This document shows positions 60,456 through 64,000 of a stretch of 64,000 nt of DNA, in pieces. The DNA is from a virus. Every line of letters starts with the position of its first letter. The first letter of the stretch is position 1. The translations under genes were made by a program, and so were the position numbers. A model generated the notes under the pieces. The model was not told where the DNA came from and did not search any database. It was given only the letters and a program-made list of their open reading frames with translations. The stretch lies in the IMG/VR virus record IMGVR_UViG_3300021440_000014, positions 108,011 through 172,010 of that record. One strand, given 5' to 3'.

Positions 60456-61541
60456 ATGAATTATACATTAAATGTTCCGATTAATAGTGTTTCTTTTGGA
60501 CAATGCTCCTTTGCGATATTAAGAGAATTTTATAAAAAAAACATACAACCATGTATTTTCCCAATAGGCCAAGTAGATGGTTCTTCTCAAAAAATAGATC
60601 CTGATTTCGGTAATTGGATAAATAGCTGCATAAACAAATCAATGTCGATTCACAATCGAAGAAACCCCACGTTTAAATTATGGCATATAAATGGATCTTT
60701 GGAGTCTTTAGGGGAAAAACAAACTCTATTTACGTTTTATGAACTAGATAATCCTACTGAACAGGAAGTTAATATTTTGAATAACCAAGATAAGGTTATA
60801 GTATCTTCAGATTACTCTAAAAGAATTTTCGAAGAAAATGGAGTTAAAAATGTTAATTATATTCCATTAGGTTTTGACTCATATAATTTTAATAAAAAAG
60901 AAAAAAAATATTTTAATGATAATAGAGTTGTTTTTAATGTATTGGGCAAATATGAACCAGTTAGAAAAAGACATGAAAAAGTTATAAAATCTTGGATAAA
61001 AAAATACGGCAACAATCCTGAATTTTTTCTGCAATGTGCAATTTATAATCCATTTTTCTCCCAGCAAGAGAACGAAGAGATAGTAAGAAATTTACTCGAA
61101 AATAAAAATTATTTTAATGTTCAGTTTTTGGGTTTTATGCCTCAAAATGAACTTTACAATGATTTCCTTAATTCTGGATCTATAGTAATAGATATGGGCA
61201 CAGAGGGTTGGTCATTGGGCAGCTTCCATTCTGTTGCTATTGGAAAACACGCCGTTCTATTAGATTGCGCTGGAATTAAAGGATGGGCAACGAATGATAA
61301 TAGCGTATTGGTTAAACCGTTTTCAAAAATCCCGGCTTATGACGGAAAATTTTTCTTCCAAGGTTCTCCGTTTAATCAAGGTAATGTATTTGATTTTAAA
61401 GAAGAAGAATTTTTATCAAGCTGCGATAAATGCATTAATCTTTTCAGGAAAAATCCAGTAAATTTAAAAGGACTTGAATTGCAAGAAAAATTTACATTTA
61501 CCAAAACAGTTGATTCAATACTAAATTTAATGAATAATTAA
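60456..61541 (+). CDS. GT-B glycosyltransferase
   Basis: PLGFD, GK.E..RK, EGW.L. Confidence 0.8.
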   Translation: MNYTLNVPINSVSFGQCSFAILREFYKKNIQPCIFPIGQVDGSSQKIDPDFGNWINSCINKSMSIHNRRNPTFKLWHINGSLESLGEKQTLFTFYELDNPTEQEVNILNNQDKVIVSSDYSKRIFEENGVKNVNYIPLGFDSYNFNKKEKKYFNDNRVVFNVLGKYEPVRKRHEKVIKSWIKKYGNNPEFFLQCAIYNPFFSQQENEEIVRNLLENKNYFNVQFLGFMPQNELYNDFLNSGSIVIDMGTEGWSLGSFHSVAIGKHAVLLDCAGIKGWATNDNSVLVKPFSKIPAYDGKFFFQGSPFNQGNVFDFKEEEFLSSCDKCINLFRKNPVNLKGLELQEKFTFTKTVDSILNLMNN

Positions 61542-61549
61542 TTCTAATT

Positions 61550-61906
61550 ATGCCAATCTATTCTTACAGAAATCCTAAAACTGGAAAAATTGTAGACGTA
61601 ATCCAGACGATGAAAGAAAATCATGTCTATTCTGAGAATGGAGTAGAATTTGAAAGAGTTTTTTCATCTCCAAACGCTTCTATAGATACTAAAATAAATC
61701 CATTTTCTTCAAAAGATTTTTCAGCTAAATTGGCTAATAAAAAAGAAACTATTGGCTCTATGTGGGATAGAAGCAAAGAGCTATCCGAGAAGAGAACCCA
61801 AAAGGAAGGTCTTGATACCGTAAAGGAAAAATATTACGAAAATTACTCAAAAAGAAGAAGAGGTAAGAAACATCAAGATAAAATTAATACAACATACACC
61901 ATATAA
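61550..61906 (+). CDS. FmdB-like small protein
   Basis: MPIYSY...G...D, ERVFS.P; lacks the Zn-ribbon cysteines. Confidence 0.5.
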   Translation: MPIYSYRNPKTGKIVDVIQTMKENHVYSENGVEFERVFSSPNASIDTKINPFSSKDFSAKLANKKETIGSMWDRSKELSEKRTQKEGLDTVKEKYYENYSKRRRGKKHQDKINTTYTI

Positions 61907-61992
61907 AAGTTTTATTTTTGTAAAACTTTTCTATTATGTTTTTTGTTGAAAAAGATTCAAAACTGCTGTAAACTCTATTTGCATAGACGTTT

Positions 61993-62970
61993 ATGAGAAA
62001 AAAGTTATTTGACGAGCAGATTGCTAGAAAGCCTGATTTATACCCTTGGACTGAACAATTTATGAGGGCGATGTGGGAGGGCCACTGGACTGATAAGGAA
62101 TTTAACTTTCAAAGCGATATTCAGGACTTCAAAGTAAAACTTTCCCCTGAGCAAAAGGAAATAATAGTAAGAACTCTATCTGCAATAGGGCAGATAGAAA
62201 TAGCCGTTAAAACATTCTGGGCTAAATTAGGAGATAACCTTCCCCATCCATCTCTTAGAGACTTAGGATATGTTATGGCTAACGTCGAGGTAATCCATAA
62301 TAATGCCTACGAGAGACTTTTAAAGGTTCTTGGCCTAGAGAACGTGTTTGAGGAAAATCTTAAACTCGAATGGATTCAGGGGAGAGTAAACTATTTAAGA
62401 AAATATACTCACAAATACTATAGCGATAGCCATAAACAATTTATTTATGCTATTATTCTATTTACTCTGTTTGTTGAGAACGTTTCATTATTTAGTCAAT
62501 TCTATGTAATCAATTGGTTTGGAAGAAAAAACCTGCTCAAAGACACTAATCAACAGACTAATTATACCCTAAAAGAAGAGACAATTCATGCTTTGGTTGG
62601 TATAAAGATAATAAACGTCCTCAAAGAGGAGTATCCAGAACTTTTTGATGCAGAGCTAGAAGAGAAAATTCTCTCAGAGGCAAAGAATGCGTTTGACTGC
62701 GAATCTAAGATTATCGATTGGATGGTCAATGGAATAGACGAACCTAGTTTATCTGCGGATTTACTTAAAGAATTCGTAAAGAAACGAATTAATGACTCTT
62801 TATCACAAATAGGTTATAAGAAAATATTTGAAATAGACGAAGAAAAAATCGCTAAAACAAAATGGTTTGAAGAAGAAATTCATGGGAATGGAATGACAGA
62901 TTTCTTTTATAGCAGACCTACAGAGTATTCTAAAAAGGATAAAAGTTTTACTGGCGAAGATTTATTTTAA
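61993..62970 (+). CDS. nrdB: ribonucleotide reductase class I beta subunit
   Basis: Y.W, E..H...Y, ENVSLFSQF, EE..H, DFF..R...YSK. Confidence 0.9.
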   Translation: MRKKLFDEQIARKPDLYPWTEQFMRAMWEGHWTDKEFNFQSDIQDFKVKLSPEQKEIIVRTLSAIGQIEIAVKTFWAKLGDNLPHPSLRDLGYVMANVEVIHNNAYERLLKVLGLENVFEENLKLEWIQGRVNYLRKYTHKYYSDSHKQFIYAIILFTLFVENVSLFSQFYVINWFGRKNLLKDTNQQTNYTLKEETIHALVGIKIINVLKEEYPELFDAELEEKILSEAKNAFDCESKIIDWMVNGIDEPSLSADLLKEFVKKRINDSLSQIGYKKIFEIDEEKIAKTKWFEEEIHGNGMTDFFYSRPTEYSKKDKSFTGEDLF

Positions 62971-62983
62971 TAAATAAGATATT

Positions 62984-64000
62984 ATGGCGAAAAATTTAGA
63001 TTACTATTGGTTAAATGAAGATTCTAGAACGTTTTTAAGCAGGGGATATTTATCCGAAAATCAAACTCCAGAACAAAGAATAAGAGAAATAGCTGATAAG
63101 GCTGAATCTTATTTAGGAATTAAGGGTTTTGCTGACAAATTTGAGTATTATTGCTCAAAGGGTTACTACAGTTTATCCACTCCTGTATGGGTCAACTATG
63201 GAAATAATAGAGGACTTCCCGTTAGCTGTTTTAACAGTTTCGTGTCCGATAGCATGGAATCAATACTTGAAAAAGTTTCAGAAATAGGGACTCAGACAAA
63301 GATGGGAGGCGGAACGTCAGCTTATTTTGGAGCTTTAAGACATAGGGGAACAAAAATTTCGGTAGGAGGAGAATCAAGTGGTCCAGTTCATTTCATGGAA
63401 ATTTTTGATAAAGTTGCAAGTGTTATTTCCCAAGGTTCAGCTAGAAGAGGAACTCTTGCCGCTTACCTTCCCGTGGAGCACCCTGATATAAAAGAATTTT
63501 TAGCTATAAGAACAGACGGTCATCCAATCCAAAATCTAAATATTGGAGTATGTATTACTAACGAATGGATGAATAGCATGATTAGCGGAGACTCTGCTAA
63601 AAGAGATATTTGGGCAAAAATTATAAAGAAAAGATTTGAAACTGGATATCCTTATGTATTTTTTACGGATAACGTAAATGATAACAAGCCTCAAGTTTAC
63701 AAAGACAAGGGATATAAAATACATAGTTCAAATGTGTGTTCCGAGATAATGCTTCCATCTTCGGATAAGGAGTCTTTTGTATGCGTTTTATCTTCTATTA
63801 ATTTACTGCATTGGGATGAAATAAAAGATACAGATGCCATCGAGACACTTACTTATTTCTTGGATACAGTAAATGAAGAGTTTGTTAGGAAAACAAAAGG
63901 AATGAAGTTTATGGAAGCCCCACATGAATTTGCCAAAAATCATAGAGCTTTGGGAGTTGGAATTCTTGGATGGCATTCATTTTTGCAAAGTAAAATGATA
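62984..64000 (+). CDS. nrdA: ribonucleotide reductase class I alpha subunit (3' truncated)
   Basis: My translation: STPVW.NYG..RGLPVSCF, GGGTS, QG..RRG, TGYPY, SNVCSEI, FVCVLSS, RALGVG. Confidence 0.9.
   Translation, partial: MAKNLDYYWLNEDSRTFLSRGYLSENQTPEQRIREIADKAESYLGIKGFADKFEYYCSKGYYSLSTPVWVNYGNNRGLPVSCFNSFVSDSMESILEKVSEIGTQTKMGGGTSAYFGALRHRGTKISVGGESSGPVHFMEIFDKVASVISQGSARRGTLAAYLPVEHPDIKEFLAIRTDGHPIQNLNIGVCITNEWMNSMISGDSAKRDIWAKIIKKRFETGYPYVFFTDNVNDNKPQVYKDKGYKIHSSNVCSEIMLPSSDKESFVCVLSSINLLHWDEIKDTDAIETLTYFLDTVNEEFVRKTKGMKFMEAPHEFAKNHRALGVGILGWHSFLQSKMI

Noticed and set aside
1-64000. Stop-codon reassignment
   Set aside because: Conserved genes are intact in the standard code, TAG and TGA both end genes, and no CTA or TCA suppressor tRNA was found.

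Overview
AT-rich segment of a large (jumbo-type) bacteriophage genome. Genes run almost entirely on the - strand up to ~57.7 kb, then switch to the + strand. Protein content: nucleotide metabolism and replication (ThyX, dUTPase, dNMP kinase, GuaC/IMPDH-like, RNR alpha/beta, Pif1 helicase, DNA ligase), a sigma factor, glycosylation genes, six endonuclease genes (five HNH-type, one LAGLIDADG) and a large RNA-repair toolkit. RNA content: 32 hand-folded tRNAs (29.2-41.7 kb) covering all 20 amino acids, many non-canonical, plus a tmRNA with a 40-codon tag. Main candidate new system: eight copies of a covarying small-RNA scaffold (WAGA-N6-CAGY...TCTWG) are interleaved in the tRNA array next to a DUF2828 (Ro60/TROVE-like, vWA) gene. 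They carry interchangeable cargo: anticodon stem-loop mimics in several, and a YrlA-like permuted tRNA in one. Other candidates: a stand-alone unit of a coiled-coil protein plus a permuted-tRNA ncRNA (8.2-9.3 kb), tRNA-Leu 'shells' with large inserts including a tRNA nested in a tRNA, topologically rewired tRNAs, and a GTGTAA-N8 leaderless promoter motif. All calls were made by eye without searches, so family names are recognitions from motifs and RNA ends may be off by a few nt.
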